Assembly: GCA_008690995.1 (NCBI GenBank)
Contig: VRMN01000005.1
Span: 124,001 to 188,000, forward strand
Source of the DNA: Porphyridium purpureum
Taxonomy: Eukaryota
Direction of reading: 5' to 3'
Length of the DNA: 64,000 nt
Shown here: positions 29,938 through 42,069 of the stretch, piece by piece
Layout of the letters: every line of letters starts with the position of its first letter
Position numbering within the stretch: the stretch's first letter is position 1
Program-made: the position numbers and the translations under genes
Notes under the pieces: generated by a model
Databases searched by the model: none
Told to the model about the DNA's origin: nothing
What the model saw: the letters and a program-made list of their open reading frames with translations, nothing else

Positions 29938-32075
29938 CTTTCCCTCGGCCTCCCTCTCTCCCTCTGTCTCTCTCTTAACCCTTCTCCAACTCGGCTATGA
30001 ACTTCCTCCGCTTCGCACTTCCAAACTTCCGCCATCTCCACCTGTGAAAGCGCCTTCTCATGAAGTACACAAAATACGCAAACGCCTCGTGCGCATTGTA
30101 CCGATCCGTAGTGGAAACTCACGCGCGGGATATTTGAAGCTGTACTTGAAGTTTGCGCAACAGGCTATCGCGCTGTCCTGCATCAAGCTGGGGAGTGGCT
30201 TTGCCACCATATGTGAGCATGCCGCTGCTGCTCCTCCCCACATGGTCGAGTGCGAGCGTGCCACCACCTGATTGCAAAGAGACCATGGCAGATGTGCCGG
30301 CATCCTGCCAGCGTCGAGTCTCGCCGCGGATGGCGCTCGATCTGGATGGCCCGACAACCGGCTAGGAGCCGTGTCTAGAGATAGAGGCTTATATATTTGT
30401 GCCGGAGTGTCAAATACGCCTTCTTTGAGGTGCTCAACGCCATATATCCTCATCGGCCGAGTGGCGTGAGTGGTACACGACGGTGCACGACGGATCACGC
30501 GCCCACCTTGGAAGGTCGGTGTAAAGCTGGTGCATGGCAGCATGCGGCAAGTCAGATTGAACACTGCGCTCCGCCGGTGTGATATGTAAACCGCAAAGCC
30601 AACTCATCGCACCACGACTCTATGCAGAAGCTTTCCCACTGGCACTCCCTGGCCACGAGGACCCGCCGCGGCCACGCTCTGCCATCAGCTTCATGTTCGT
30701 ATTCCGTACCCACGAACATTTTATGCCTGGCTCCTGCTCGCAGTGTACATCGGCAGCCACCAACAGTCGCGCTTCTCTGCCCTTCTTCTCATGGGCCACC
30801 GAGCTGACTGTCTCGCCAATGCGCATGCGCGTCGACACCCAAGCAAGCACACCCCTCCCCAGCTCAGCTGTTCAGCCACACACCAAGCGCCGCATTGCCC
30901 TCGCCCCAAGTTGCACTCCCCAAGACCGCAGCAGTACAGCCAGCTGTACATTCCGTACTCATCCGCCTCTGAATCACCATACCGCGCGTCACGTGCATCC
31001 CGCCTCACGCGTATGCGCCAAAAACGCGCTGTTTTACTACGATGGAAGGCAGAGCACGGTGCGAGGGAGTGTGTCGCAGTGTACCTCCGTCTGCATATCC
31101 GTACCAAAATCTATATCGCCACAATGGGAACCTGTCAGCGCGAATAACAGACATACGCAAGGGACCCCCGAACCGCGTCAGAATCAACAACACCCAACCG
31201 AAGTGGGTGTTGCACGCGTGCAAGGGGAATAAACAAGGTGGTGAGGCGGAGAACGAGAACGGAGCGGGTAGAGCGCGAAGGGGGAAGAGAGGGGTCAGGG
31301 GTCCGAGTGGGTGGGTTGGGTGTGTTGAGTGTAACTAGGCCGCGCGTTCGAGCTGGCGCGGGCGGCACCCGAGCTGGGGGAAGAGGCGGGGACGCGGACG
31401 CGTGGGAGGGAGTCGGGACAGGACGCCGCGGTCGGAGAGAACGGGAAGGGACGCTGCGGGGTGGCCGTGCGGGTGGGGCTGGTGGCTGCGCGTGAGAGCG
31501 CGGCTCGAGTGGCGCCCAGTCGGATTGCGTGACGCGCAGCGCCAGCGCGCGGTTGTTCCGCGTTTCGATCGATACGCGCGCCAAGGAAAAAGGTGGGCGC
31601 CGACCGACAGGCCCCAGGTGGTTTATTGGAACGGGGGCGGGGTGGACGCCGGAACACTGCAGTGCGGTGGGATTCGGCGGAGCAAGTGTGGGCGTTGGCT
31701 TTGGTGGAAGTTTGGGTTTCTGACGACCGTGCGCGGCTCCTACGTGAGTCGGGGTCTCTGCGCGCTCGGCATTGGTCGCATGGGACCTGGATTGAGCGTG
31801 GGGATTTGAACCAAGGGCACCGACCCAAAAGGCAGACACGTTTGGGCGTTGGAATCACTGCCGGGCGGAGGCGTGTCTCTGTGGACCGAATGCCACGCGC
31901 GGCAGAGGGGAATGGTCGCGGGAGAGCATGCAGATTTGCTAAGCAGAACACGACGTTTCTTCCAGGGCGAAGGGACTGATTGCGATTCAAGAATCGGATC
32001 TGTTTTAATTCTCTTTTTTCACATTGATACAGACTCGCCCAACTTCACTTTATCCCCCCTCGTCGCCGTGCGTCC

Positions 32076-34103
32076 ATGACGGGCGGGGCAGGTGAGCATC
32101 ATTCGGCAATGGAGTCAAATCTTGAAATCGAAGATGACTCCAATACCGTCTTCCCGCGTTGGCGTGAAAGCTCGCAGTCTCCCGTGCCACGGCATCGAAG
32201 CCGAGGGGGCTCAGTCGCCCCGCAGGGTGCTGCGCGGCCCGCGACTGGCGAAGAAAACTCATCCGTGTTTGGTGACTCGGAACCCGAAGAGTATGAGCCA
32301 GACGCTGATACCGATGTCGAGCTTGACGAGTCGGTTTCTGAAAACCCGGAAGACTACGGTATTGGAGGCTACTACCGCGTGCGACCAGGCGAGATGTTCA
32401 TGGATGGCCGCTACTGCGCGATTCGCAAGCTAGGCTGGGGTCACTTTTCGACAGTGTGGCTTTGCTACGATTCAGTCAGGGATCACCAAGTGGCGATCAA
32501 ATTCCAAAAAAGTGCATTTCATTACACCGAATCTGCGCGCGACGAGATCAACTTGTTGACCGAACTGGCACGGCATGATCCCGAGGGAAAGGCGCCTGTC
32601 ATGCGCCTCCTCGATCAGTTTGAGGTGGAAAGCGGGTACGGCGTGCACGTTGCACTAGTGCTCGAACTGCTTGGGAAGAGCTTGCTGACCCTCATTCGGC
32701 GGAGCTGCTTTCGTGGAGTAGATCTGAAAACTGTGAAGCGTATCGCCTACCACATTCTGAAGGGGCTTCAGTTTTGCCACGAAAAGGCGCGGATAATACA
32801 CACGGACCTGAAGCCAGAGAATATTTTGTTCGTTTACGACGCCGAAGAGTTTGAACACGAGCGCCTGCGCCTCAAGGAGATTGTACAAGCAGTGAAGCGA
32901 CAAGACGAACTTTTGCGTGGCTCGAGAAGAGGACGCCGAGGTGGAAAGCGCTCGCGCGTTCGCGATGAAGTCAGTGAGGACGCCATGGACGACATATTCG
33001 GAACTGGCGCACAGGGGAAAAGAGGAGTTGAGTCCGGGTCTAGGACGGCTGTTGAAATGGCCGGCGCGTATCGAAATGTGGCTGTGAACGATAACTCGGA
33101 CCGGGAAGACGCTGATGACTACGATAGTGAGCAAGAGCTGCGCGCGAACGACGCCGATGCCAAGCTTGTGCAACGGCTCGTGCAAGGCCTCGAGGTGGCG
33201 GTAGATCCGGCTCGCTCTTTTGCATCAGGGGTGGTCAAGATAGCGGATTTTGGAAATGCATGTTGGATTGACGAGCATTATACAAAGTGTATTCAGACGC
33301 GCCAATATCGCTGCCCCGAAGTGATCTTGGGCGCGGACTACTCAGAGACCGCAGACATTTGGAGCGTAGCCTGCCTGGTTTTTGAGCTGGCCACGGGAGA
33401 CTTCCTGTTCGACCCACACACGGGCCGTGACTATGATCGGGACGAGGACCATCTGGCGCTTATCATGGAGCTGCTCGGGCCCATGCGGCAGGTTGAGTTT
33501 AGAAACCCCACCATGTTTAATGTATTCATGTCTCGGAACGAAGAGCTCCGACGCATCAAGCGCCTGACATTCTGGCCGCTGCGTGAAGTAGTGCGCGAAA
33601 AATACCGCTTCACCCGTGAGGAGGCAGACGCGCTCAGTGACTTCTGCCTTCCCATGCTTGCGTATGAAATTGACAAGCGCGCTTCGGCCTCGCAGTGCCT
33701 GGATCAGGGATGGCTGGACGAAGTGAAGATCGAGTTTGAAGGTCTTGGTGCGTCCGCGTCCGCAGTGCAGGCGTCAACGCACCGGTCAGGAATATTCGCC
33801 GTGGGTGTTCCGCGGCGGTCCCGAACGATGGATCTGTTCTCTCCAACGCCGAGGAGCAGCAGCTCTGGGGCGCCGCTCGGCGCACCATTGTCGCTTCCTG
33901 AAGCCGGGATTGCACTGTGCTCCGAGCTTCCGGACCAGGGCTTTTCCGAGTTTCCTGAGAACGGCGAGACCAACGGCATATATGAACCCAAAGACGGCGC
34001 GGCGTTGAACTCGGGTACGATCCCGGTTGTTGCAGGCGGTGACAGTCAAACGACGAAAATTGTACAGAAAGAAGAAGAAGAAAAATCGGTGCGCAAGGAA
34101 TGA
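32076..34103 (+). CDS. SRPK: SR-protein kinase (SRPK/Sky1)
   Basis: GGYYRV, KLGWGHFSTVWL, IIHTDLKPEN, spacer insert, KIADFGNACW, IQTRQYRCPEV, DEDHLALIMELLG. Confidence 0.95.
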   Translation: MTGGAGEHHSAMESNLEIEDDSNTVFPRWRESSQSPVPRHRSRGGSVAPQGAARPATGEENSSVFGDSEPEEYEPDADTDVELDESVSENPEDYGIGGYYRVRPGEMFMDGRYCAIRKLGWGHFSTVWLCYDSVRDHQVAIKFQKSAFHYTESARDEINLLTELARHDPEGKAPVMRLLDQFEVESGYGVHVALVLELLGKSLLTLIRRSCFRGVDLKTVKRIAYHILKGLQFCHEKARIIHTDLKPENILFVYDAEEFEHERLRLKEIVQAVKRQDELLRGSRRGRRGGKRSRVRDEVSEDAMDDIFGTGAQGKRGVESGSRTAVEMAGAYRNVAVNDNSDREDADDYDSEQELRANDADAKLVQRLVQGLEVAVDPARSFASGVVKIADFGNACWIDEHYTKCIQTRQYRCPEVILGADYSETADIWSVACLVFELATGDFLFDPHTGRDYDRDEDHLALIMELLGPMRQVEFRNPTMFNVFMSRNEELRRIKRLTFWPLREVVREKYRFTREEADALSDFCLPMLAYEIDKRASASQCLDQGWLDEVKIEFEGLGASASAVQASTHRSGIFAVGVPRRSRTMDLFSPTPRSSSSGAPLGAPLSLPEAGIALCSELPDQGFSEFPENGETNGIYEPKDGAALNSGTIPVVAGGDSQTTKIVQKEEEEKSVRKE

Positions 34104-35118
34104 AAACGGGCCGCGAAATCGTCCATCACGTGTGTGAAAGTGAAAATATAACTGATGGAACGGCCAACGCGGCACAACATGATAACTTGCAGTCGCGCCA
34201 AGAAAGCGAAAGGCTAAGAGAAAATTCAGGTCGTTAATATAGGGCAAGGCTGTGTTTGGCTACTGAATACGTGCGAGCACGTGTATTTTATTGCACGCGT
34301 GGAAAGTGTACAGCACGCGTGTCCTACGTGCGCGCATTGCCTTTTTCACAGCTGGGCACGGGTCCGTCGGCCCTAACCGCGCTTGTTATTTGGCCAACAA
34401 GCGGAGCGACTCTTGGCGAAACGATGTCAGCCGTGCATACGCCCCGAACTATGGTAAGCAGTCTGTATTCTTTTCAGCAACCTGATGGCATGGATGGCAC
34501 CACGGTGCACGCGCGGTCGCACTGCCGAGACTCGGCCTGGGACGTCAATCGCGAATCATTAAAGAAAGGCAGGCTTCAGAACTCCAGTTCGTCACATACT
34601 CTCAACAGGAGACCGGGGCAGTAGTACCGGCTACCTAGCAACGCGGCGCCCTGTCGGACCAGAGTTTTGCCAGCCACCGCAAACTGACAGACTGGCAGGT
34701 AAGCAGAGCGAAGCACGCCATGCGTGCGGGCAATCACTCGCTACTGTGTCTCGGGCTGCCTGACCATGCCCGTGCCCTACTCCACATGTCAACTGGTCGT
34801 CTTTTTCGCTTCTCTTTCTTGCCAGAGCAGTTTCTGTCTGTTTGTTTTTTCGTCTTTTACGCGCGGGCGGTTAATAGATTATGCGTGGGTGAGTGTGAGT
34901 GCTAGAAGGCTCAGGGACAAGCGGTGCGTTCTTGCGTTGTGGAGACGAGGGAGATCAACATAGGCCTCGAAGCGCGAGATCTGGTAGACCAGGATTGGCA
35001 GCTTGCGGCAACAAAGGCGTCGTGAATACCCGCATCGAGCGCGGCGGCGGCGACGCAATCAAGGGCGAGGCCGTGCTTCCTTGGTTGCCGGATTGCTTCC
35101 GGCTGCAGCCGGTTCATC

Positions 35119-36906
35119 ATGTATCGCACCGATGCCAGGAAAAAGGGATTCAAGAAGGGTATTGACATAGAAGATGCGCGCCGAAAACGTGAGGACGAGT
35201 CGGTGCAGCTGCGGAAGATCAAGCGCGATGAAAGCGCGATGAAAAAGCGGCGCGAGCGCCACGCCACCGAGTATGAGCGGGACCGAACCGACACGCTGAC
35301 GGCGATCAACGGTGCTCTCGCCAACCATGTGGGTCCCGCGGATACTGCGGGAATGAGCCCACTGGCGGTATCAGTCTCGCCAGAACAAGGCAGCGCGTCC
35401 GGCCCAACAGACGGAACGTCCATAGAAGCACAGTGGTTCGGGCATGCTCACGGCACCAGAAACGGCCTCTCTTCTGAATATCGGGCCCCTGATGCGAGAA
35501 GTAACACCCAATTGGCTGCATATGCGCAAAAGCTCCCGGACATGGTCGCTGGAGTGTTATCTGACAACGCGGACGAGCAGGTACGGTGTACAACTGAATT
35601 TCGCAAAATGCTGTCTGTCGAAACAGAGCCTCCCATCGATCAAGTCATTGAACTGGGCGTGGTGCCTCGCTTCGTTCAGTTTCTGAGGCGTGATGATAAT
35701 CCCAGGCTACAGTTTGAAGCCGAGTGGGCGCTGACGAACATTGCCAGTGGAACCTCTGCGCACACTGCCGTGGTGATGGAGCACGGTGCGGTACCGCTAT
35801 TCATCCAGTTGCTCAGATCACCACACGAAGAGTGCCGAGAGCAGGCGGCGTGGGCGATTGGTAACATTGCTGGTGACTCCCCGCGCTATCGAAACGTCGT
35901 ACTTGATGCCGGAGTCATGATGCCTCTTCTGGAGCAACTCACGTCGAACAGCGGGTCGGGCCTGCTCCGGAATAGCGCATGGACACTGTCGAATTTGTGT
36001 CGGGGGAAGCCGGAGCCGCCGTTTGAAATTGTGTCTCTTGCTCTACCGGTGCTTGCACATTTACTCTTCTCACCGGACCCTGAGGTCCTTGTCGACTCCT
36101 CGTGGGCGCTCAGCTATTTATCCGATGGGTCGAATGAAAAAATCCAGGCTGTTGTGGAGAGCGGTGTGGTTAGACGACTAGTAGAATTGTTGGCGCATGA
36201 CAGTGTCAAAGTGCAAACTCCTTGTTTGCGTGTGATCGGCAACCTTGTGACCGGAAACGATATCCAGACGCAAGTCGTGATCAACTCGTCAGCGCTTGTC
36301 TGTCTTTCGAGCTTGCTGAATTCACCAAAGAAAGCGATTCGGAAGGAAGCGTGTTGGGCTATCAGCAACATCACTGCAGGTACGGCAGACCAGGTGCAAG
36401 CCGTGATCGACGCAGGGATTTTTCAGCAGCTCATGTACTTGATGGAGACGGCAGACTATGACATTAAGAAGGAATGCGCGTGGGCTATTTCGAATGCAAC
36501 GTCTGCTGGTTATTCGGACCAAATTAAGTTTCTTGTCAAACAGGGCTGCATTCCGCCGCTCTGCAACTTGCTGGACTCGCCGGATGCCAAAATCGTGGCC
36601 GTGGCGCTGGATGGTCTGGACGCGATCCTAAAAGTAGGGGAGCAAAGCAAGCAAGTTGGTGCAGACTCGGTGAATCCGTACGCAGTAGCGGTTGAGGAAT
36701 GCGGAGGACTTGAGAAAATCGAGGCCCTACAAAGTCATCAGCTGAACGAAATTTACCAAAAGGTGGTGAGCATTCTGGAGGTGTACTTTGTCGCAGACGA
36801 AGAGCCTGTCGAAATGCTCGAGCCCGAAGTGAGCGGTTCGCAATTCGCGTTTGGCTTTGAGCAACAGCACGTCACACCATCGAACGGATATTCATTCCAA
36901 GAATAG
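35119..36906 (+). CDS. KPNA: Importin subunit alpha
   Basis: IBB domain ([21 protein letters not shown]) and ARM repeats ([40 protein letters not shown]). Confidence 0.97.
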   Translation: MYRTDARKKGFKKGIDIEDARRKREDESVQLRKIKRDESAMKKRRERHATEYERDRTDTLTAINGALANHVGPADTAGMSPLAVSVSPEQGSASGPTDGTSIEAQWFGHAHGTRNGLSSEYRAPDARSNTQLAAYAQKLPDMVAGVLSDNADEQVRCTTEFRKMLSVETEPPIDQVIELGVVPRFVQFLRRDDNPRLQFEAEWALTNIASGTSAHTAVVMEHGAVPLFIQLLRSPHEECREQAAWAIGNIAGDSPRYRNVVLDAGVMMPLLEQLTSNSGSGLLRNSAWTLSNLCRGKPEPPFEIVSLALPVLAHLLFSPDPEVLVDSSWALSYLSDGSNEKIQAVVESGVVRRLVELLAHDSVKVQTPCLRVIGNLVTGNDIQTQVVINSSALVCLSSLLNSPKKAIRKEACWAISNITAGTADQVQAVIDAGIFQQLMYLMETADYDIKKECAWAISNATSAGYSDQIKFLVKQGCIPPLCNLLDSPDAKIVAVALDGLDAILKVGEQSKQVGADSVNPYAVAVEECGGLEKIEALQSHQLNEIYQKVVSILEVYFVADEEPVEMLEPEVSGSQFAFGFEQQHVTPSNGYSFQE

Positions 36907-37088
36907 TCGTGAGGGGCTGCCATGAGAAAGCCCCGATGGATATGCACGCCTCGCGAATGAGCAGGAGAAAGATGCCGTGATACTTGATACAGTGAGATTG
37001 ATAGTGTATTCCGTAAGAGGATCAGGAAGTCAGCAAGGAAAACGTAAAGGAAAATTATCGACCCGCAGATTTAGCCCGTGCCTAAGGA

Positions 37089-37910
37089 TCACTGCGGCGG
37101 CGGCGGATGGTAAGGGTTTGCTTGCATGCGCGACTGCTGTGCATAAGTGGATGGGACTGTGCCGCCCTGCTGGAACTGCTGCTGTTGCTGCTGCTGTTGT
37201 TGTTGGTGGTGCTGCGGCTGTGAGTGCTGAGTTGCGTATCCGGCGGCCGGGTTTGATCCGTATGCGCCAGCCGGCGTCGTCCAGACCGCCCCCTGTGCGT
37301 GCGTTGGCACTTGTTGCTGCTGCTGATACATGGCGGCAAACTGAGGGTCGTACAGCGAGCCTGCAGGCATGTGCGAAGGCATGCCTGCGTGTTGCTGCAT
37401 GCTATAGTATTGCACGTTGTGGGCGTTTGCGTCGCCTGCGGCACCTGTCGAGAGCCGCGCCGATTCCTCCTTCTTTACGGTGCCTGCCGCGTCCTCGCGT
37501 GGCACGATGTCAATCAAAAAGTCAAAGATGTCGGTCTTTTGGATTGCGAGCGCGATATCCGAGCGCTGCAATGTTCTTCTCTTTGCCTCTTCGGTCTGAG
37601 CCCACGCGCGCAGCGTGAGTTCCACAATGAACATCTCACACGCCTTGGCAAAGAGCACGGGCGCCTCGGCGGAAATCATGCGCACATCCTCGTCGGACTT
37701 CATAATCTTCTTGATCCGCGCCAAGGGCAGCGTGTGGTTCTTGACGTCGGTCACGAGCGCGGCCTCGTCGCGCTGCTGGTCCCAAAACTTCTTCAGCTCG
37801 ATCTCCAGATTCTGCATGCTCTGCTGCATGTGCAGCTGATGCGCGGCGTCATCCCCATCTTCGCCGGCGTCGCCTCCGTATCCACTTCCCCCGACGTACT
37901 CGTCCGCCAT
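37089..37910 (-). CDS. NFYC: Nuclear transcription factor Y subunit C (HAP5)
   Basis: [54 protein letters not shown] histone fold, followed by a Q-rich tail. Confidence 0.95.
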   Translation of the reverse strand: MADEYVGGSGYGGDAGEDGDDAAHQLHMQQSMQNLEIELKKFWDQQRDEAALVTDVKNHTLPLARIKKIMKSDEDVRMISAEAPVLFAKACEMFIVELTLRAWAQTEEAKRRTLQRSDIALAIQKTDIFDFLIDIVPREDAAGTVKKEESARLSTGAAGDANAHNVQYYSMQQHAGMPSHMPAGSLYDPQFAAMYQQQQQVPTHAQGAVWTTPAGAYGSNPAAGYATQHSQPQHHQQQQQQQQQQFQQGGTVPSTYAQQSRMQANPYHPPPPQ

Positions 37911-38118
37911 ACCTGAGTGCCCCCACCACTGGCCCTTCCTCTGCGCTCGCAAGCCTCCGCTGCTTGCCCCTTCCTCCTCATGAACCACACGCCCCACACC
38001 CCCCTTCTCCAACAACGCCTTTCTATCGCCTTCAACTTCCCATGACCAACCTTTATCCCCCCCTCCCCCCTTTCTCTTCAGCCGCAACTTTGTGTTCGTC
38101 TTTCACGTCGCTCATAAA

Positions 38119-38159
38119 CCAATAAGCCAAGGCTGTCAGATTCGCGGCCAAATGATTGG
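38119..38159. promoter_or_regulatory. Two opposed CCAAT boxes upstream of NF-YC
   Basis: AACCAATAA (CCAAT at 38119-38123) and TGATTGGT (ATTGG at 38155-38159). Confidence 0.4.
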
Positions 38160-39166
38160 TCGCTGGCGTTTTCATATCAAAACACGCGCGTGTTTCCATT
38201 AGCGTGGAAGGCGCCACCCACTGAACACGCTGAACACACTGAACGTCCGGATAGTACAGTGGACTGAACTTTGGTGTGACGCGGGGTTCTGTTGGTGCGG
38301 CTGGGCTGGACGCCCTGGCACTGGGCGAGAAAACACTGTTGGATGAACGGTGAGCGACAGAGGGGGAGAATGGTGGATGGGTAGTAGGCACGGGGAGTTT
38401 GTACCGCCAGGGAGCAAGGTTGTTGAGAAGGTCGTGGCGGTGAGAAATGGGTCGCCATGGGTTACCCGGTCTGCGCCATAGACCATCCGCCGTGATGAAC
38501 GGGGGTTCGGTGTGAGAATCGCCAAGGCCAGCCATCACACGCGACCGCCGACCTGGCAGTGCGAGCGCGCGGGCCGGCGTGCGAGCAGTGCGGTGCGCCG
38601 ACGGTGGCGACGCGCGAACGCCTCGTCGTGCAGCCCCGACGGGATGTTCCTACGCCATGTCCGCGCGGCGCGGCAATCAGACGGAGACGCGCGCGTGCCA
38701 CCCGCTCCCGCAGGTGCGGCTGTAGCGCGAGGGTGACGGTGTTCCCGTTTCACGGCGACGAAACGAGCCACACTGCATGCTGCGGGTCGGCCACACTGCA
38801 GTGCGCGAGCGCGAGCGCCGGCGCGCGCGGCGTGTCTGTGCTTTGCGTTTGGTCGTGTTTTATGGGAGACGGCGTGCGCCGCGCTCGTGCGTGTTTTTGG
38901 CCCGGATTGTTCGGGGCCTGACGCGTCAAGACGCACGCGTCGTAGCGCGTCGCAGTGGAGCAAGACGAGGCGGTGGAGTACGCGTTGGAAGAGACTGCAC
39001 AAACACACTGAGAGGAACGCGTGCACGCGCGCGCGCGTGAGCACGGTCTAGGCTGTTCGTGCATGCATGCATGCATCGCTGACGTGTTGTGTGTGGTGGG
39101 AGCACGCTGGCGGACGCGGGGGGCAGTGCACGCGCCCGGTGGTACGTGAATGGTGGATGCTGCGTC

Positions 39167-41254
39167 ATGGAGCAAAAGAGAACTGAGCGGGAGACGCGCG
39201 GCAAGCGGCCTCCGAAGAGGAAGGACAGCATAAAAGTGCATGAACGCGACCGCGTAGATGATCAGCGCCAGGTAGGGTCCGAGCTGAGAGGTGTAATTGA
39301 GTTTCTGGGGAGTATGCAGAACCGAGTGCCGGACGGTCCGCCACGCGAACAGCTAGCTGAAGCAGTGCGTACACTGGAGACTGTGCAGTCAGGAATACGT
39401 GCACCGGAGCTTGCCGGGCATGCATCTTCGACTCCCGAGTTTGCATACCATGCGCCTTCGCCTGTGCGAGCGAAAAAGCAGCAGGACGAACAGGAATCTT
39501 TTCATGTGCTGCACGAGCCTTTGCAAGAGCCTTGCTCTGGTGAGAGTGGAAAGCGCCTGCAGCACGTGAACAGTTTGAAGCGTGTTCTAGATGCGACGCA
39601 CGAGACTGCTGTGGAAAAGCCGGACTTTGAGCGCGAGCGTCCAAATGATGCCTCCACGTGGCAAGCGCATGGTGCTGGACCAACCATATTTCAGTCGCCG
39701 CTGGCGAAGATGCAGCCGGTAGTGGCGTCTAGCAAGGACTCTGAACCGCGGACGCCTTCCGCGGTGCGCCTTGCAAGGCATGACGCGAGACCACAGGAGC
39801 TGAATCGGACGCCTGCATCACAATTGACAGAGATTTCACCCGAGACGCCCTCTCATCCGGATCGGACGCCGTGGCGCGAATATCCAGTTGAATCGCTTAC
39901 GTCGCCGCTGAACATGGACCTCTCAACACACGTGGTGCTGTTGCAGGCACGCTCGGTGTCTCGTCAACCCTTGAATATTGCGCACGCATCCAACCAGACC
40001 CTTGCATCGCAAATTTCGACCGATGCTTCGCTAGAAAAACCTGAAGCTTGCGATCAGGGGTACTTACGCTTGCAGCGAGTTCAAGCGATGCCACATCCAC
40101 ACCAGCCGGAAATGGACGAAGCTGGTAGGACAGAAGCCATCGCGCCATTGCGAGATTCTGAACTGGAGCCGGAGGAATTTTACCTCGTCGTAGATCGACC
40201 GTGGCAGCCTCACGATGCGTCGGTGCATCCTCATCTTGCGCCATCTTCTTCGCAGCGGGACGAAACTAGCACTGGATTGATAGAACAGATCCCCACAGCT
40301 GCGTTTGGGTCTGTAGACCAGTCGAACGTCGTGGTACTGGAGCCACCCAACGTAGCTGCGGATCCCGTGCAATCAGACGTGGCGTCCGGACTACCGGGTC
40401 AGACTCTCGGCGGCCCAGATTTGTCACCACGCGCGGACGCGGACGAGGAAGGGCAAGGCACTGTTCGTGCGGCTAATATTCGTAATGTTCTGATCCGCGC
40501 ATGCGGTGGAGGATTGATTGCGGGCGAAGAGAAAGAGAATCTTGACGCGTCTGGAGCGAGACCACAGAACCGATCGAATCCGTCGATGAGGCGCCGTGTG
40601 GATCGTCCAGCGCTTTCAATTTTGCCGCGAGCAGCTGCATCCACGCGGTCTTCGCTAGGAAGCGCACGTGATCGGACCACAAACGCACATCTCACACGCT
40701 CGCTTGGGTTCGGCTCTGAATCAGGACCTGCCGAGCGGCAGGAGCAGAAGCGGAAACATATGTTTGCCTCAGCATCTGAATCTTGTGACGAGGATGCAGG
40801 TGAACAGCATCAGGGTGTGTCTGATCCTTCTGCAGTACAACCAGCACGCCAGTCGTCACAGGTCTTTACTCCTTCGGAGTTCTGTCACATTTGCCGACGT
40901 TCTAAATTGCGCGCGAATTTGATGCCGTGTGGCAATCTTCGTGACGGACGGTGTAAAAAGGTGCTCTGCAGTGTTTGCTTTGATCGATTTGGATGGAGCT
41001 GGAAAACAGCGTCGCGTCAAAATCGACCCTTGGCGCTCCTTTCCCAGCAGGGCGAGGTTGCCGGACAGGCCAAACGCGACCTGGCTGCCGACCGCGACTG
41101 GTGGCTGTGTTGTCATTGCATGGGCGAGTGTCCTCCGACAGCCGCATGTGCGTACTATGGAACCAAGCGGCGCAAAAAGGCTTCGTCGGATGCAGAAGAA
41201 GCAGAAGGGTCAAATGCGGTTGCCGTTGCGTCGGACAAAAAGCGCAGGCTTTGA
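39167..41254 (+). CDS. Disordered protein with C-terminal Cys-rich zinc finger (zf-4CXXC_R1/CDCA7-like)
   Basis: FCHICRR..PCGN..RCKKVLCSVCF..WLCCHCMGECP..AC, and basic NLS-like KRRKK and KKRRL. Confidence 0.75.
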   Translation: MEQKRTERETRGKRPPKRKDSIKVHERDRVDDQRQVGSELRGVIEFLGSMQNRVPDGPPREQLAEAVRTLETVQSGIRAPELAGHASSTPEFAYHAPSPVRAKKQQDEQESFHVLHEPLQEPCSGESGKRLQHVNSLKRVLDATHETAVEKPDFERERPNDASTWQAHGAGPTIFQSPLAKMQPVVASSKDSEPRTPSAVRLARHDARPQELNRTPASQLTEISPETPSHPDRTPWREYPVESLTSPLNMDLSTHVVLLQARSVSRQPLNIAHASNQTLASQISTDASLEKPEACDQGYLRLQRVQAMPHPHQPEMDEAGRTEAIAPLRDSELEPEEFYLVVDRPWQPHDASVHPHLAPSSSQRDETSTGLIEQIPTAAFGSVDQSNVVVLEPPNVAADPVQSDVASGLPGQTLGGPDLSPRADADEEGQGTVRAANIRNVLIRACGGGLIAGEEKENLDASGARPQNRSNPSMRRRVDRPALSILPRAAASTRSSLGSARDRTTNAHLTRSLGFGSESGPAERQEQKRKHMFASASESCDEDAGEQHQGVSDPSAVQPARQSSQVFTPSEFCHICRRSKLRANLMPCGNLRDGRCKKVLCSVCFDRFGWSWKTASRQNRPLALLSQQGEVAGQAKRDLAADRDWWLCCHCMGECPPTAACAYYGTKRRKKASSDAEEAEGSNAVAVASDKKRRL

Positions 41255-41439
41255 GCTTTATTTGGTTTTGGACATGGCCAGATGGTCTTTTGCTCTATCA
41301 GCGCTTAGCGACGACACCACGGAGAACACGGGGGCGACTGAATTGGACATATTATAGAAGGCAAAAATTACGGCCAGTTCTTCGTTTCACGGTTGCGTCA
41401 TATAGTGGTGCGCCGTTTGGACAGAACCCTTCTTGGCAA

Positions 41440-42069
41440 TTACTGAATGAACTGTTCGTTATAGCTGGGATGGACCAGTGTACATTCGTCGCGCTTCCCG
41501 AAGAGGGAATATCGGTTCTTCGAAAGGCCGTTCATGTATATGTAATCGCGCAGCTTCTTTGGAGTGAGCAGTGCTACAATCATTGCCAGCGCGTTCAACG
41601 GAAAGCCCAATTCCTTGCCAATAGTAAGTACTGCGTCGCTCATTATGTGAGCTGTTTTCCCATCAGCGCCAATCACCACCATGGTCGACAGATCCTCAGG
41701 ATCCCGCCCTGCTCGCACCAGAAGCGCCTGCCCGGCTGTACTTTGCAGAGCAGCATATCTAAACTTACGCTGTCGGTCCAGACGCAGGGTGGCGGCCACG
41801 CCCCCGTTGCACAAGTTGCACACTCCGTCGTAGAGTACGACCGGCGTCTTGCCCACTTTGTAGCCTTTCACGCCTTCCAGATACGCATTGGCATCCTCCA
41901 GTGTCCTGACGACTGCACTTGGGGAGCGCGCCGCCGCCGCCGCCGAGCTTGTCACGGCGCTCATGCTCACCGCTCGTCTGCACACCGCAACAGTGGACGC
42001 ACGACTCACATCACGTGCCGAATTGCTGGCTGCCTGCACCGCCACATATGCAGTTTGACGCGCGGACAT
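41440..42069 (-). CDS. DCC1-like thiol-disulfide oxidoreductase (DUF393), probably plastid-targeted
   Basis: VVLYDGVCNLCNG (DxxCxxC), FRYAALQS, SDAVL, LRDYIY..NRYSLFGK. Ala/Ser/Arg-rich N-terminus. Confidence 0.9.
   Translation of the reverse strand: MSARQTAYVAVQAASNSARDVSRASTVAVCRRAVSMSAVTSSAAAAARSPSAVVRTLEDANAYLEGVKGYKVGKTPVVLYDGVCNLCNGGVAATLRLDRQRKFRYAALQSTAGQALLVRAGRDPEDLSTMVVIGADGKTAHIMSDAVLTIGKELGFPLNALAMIVALLTPKKLRDYIYMNGLSKNRYSLFGKRDECTLVHPSYNEQFIQ

Noticed and set aside
31795..31870. tRNA-like GGTTCAAATCC on the minus strand
   Set aside because: The T-stem extends only 2 bp, and no acceptor stem, D-arm or anticodon arm can be built.
34690..34910. Possible 5'UTR introns of importin alpha (CAG|GTAAGC near 34699, GTGAGT near 34889)
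   Set aside because: Donor-like sites are present, but no unambiguous branch/acceptor pair could be assigned.
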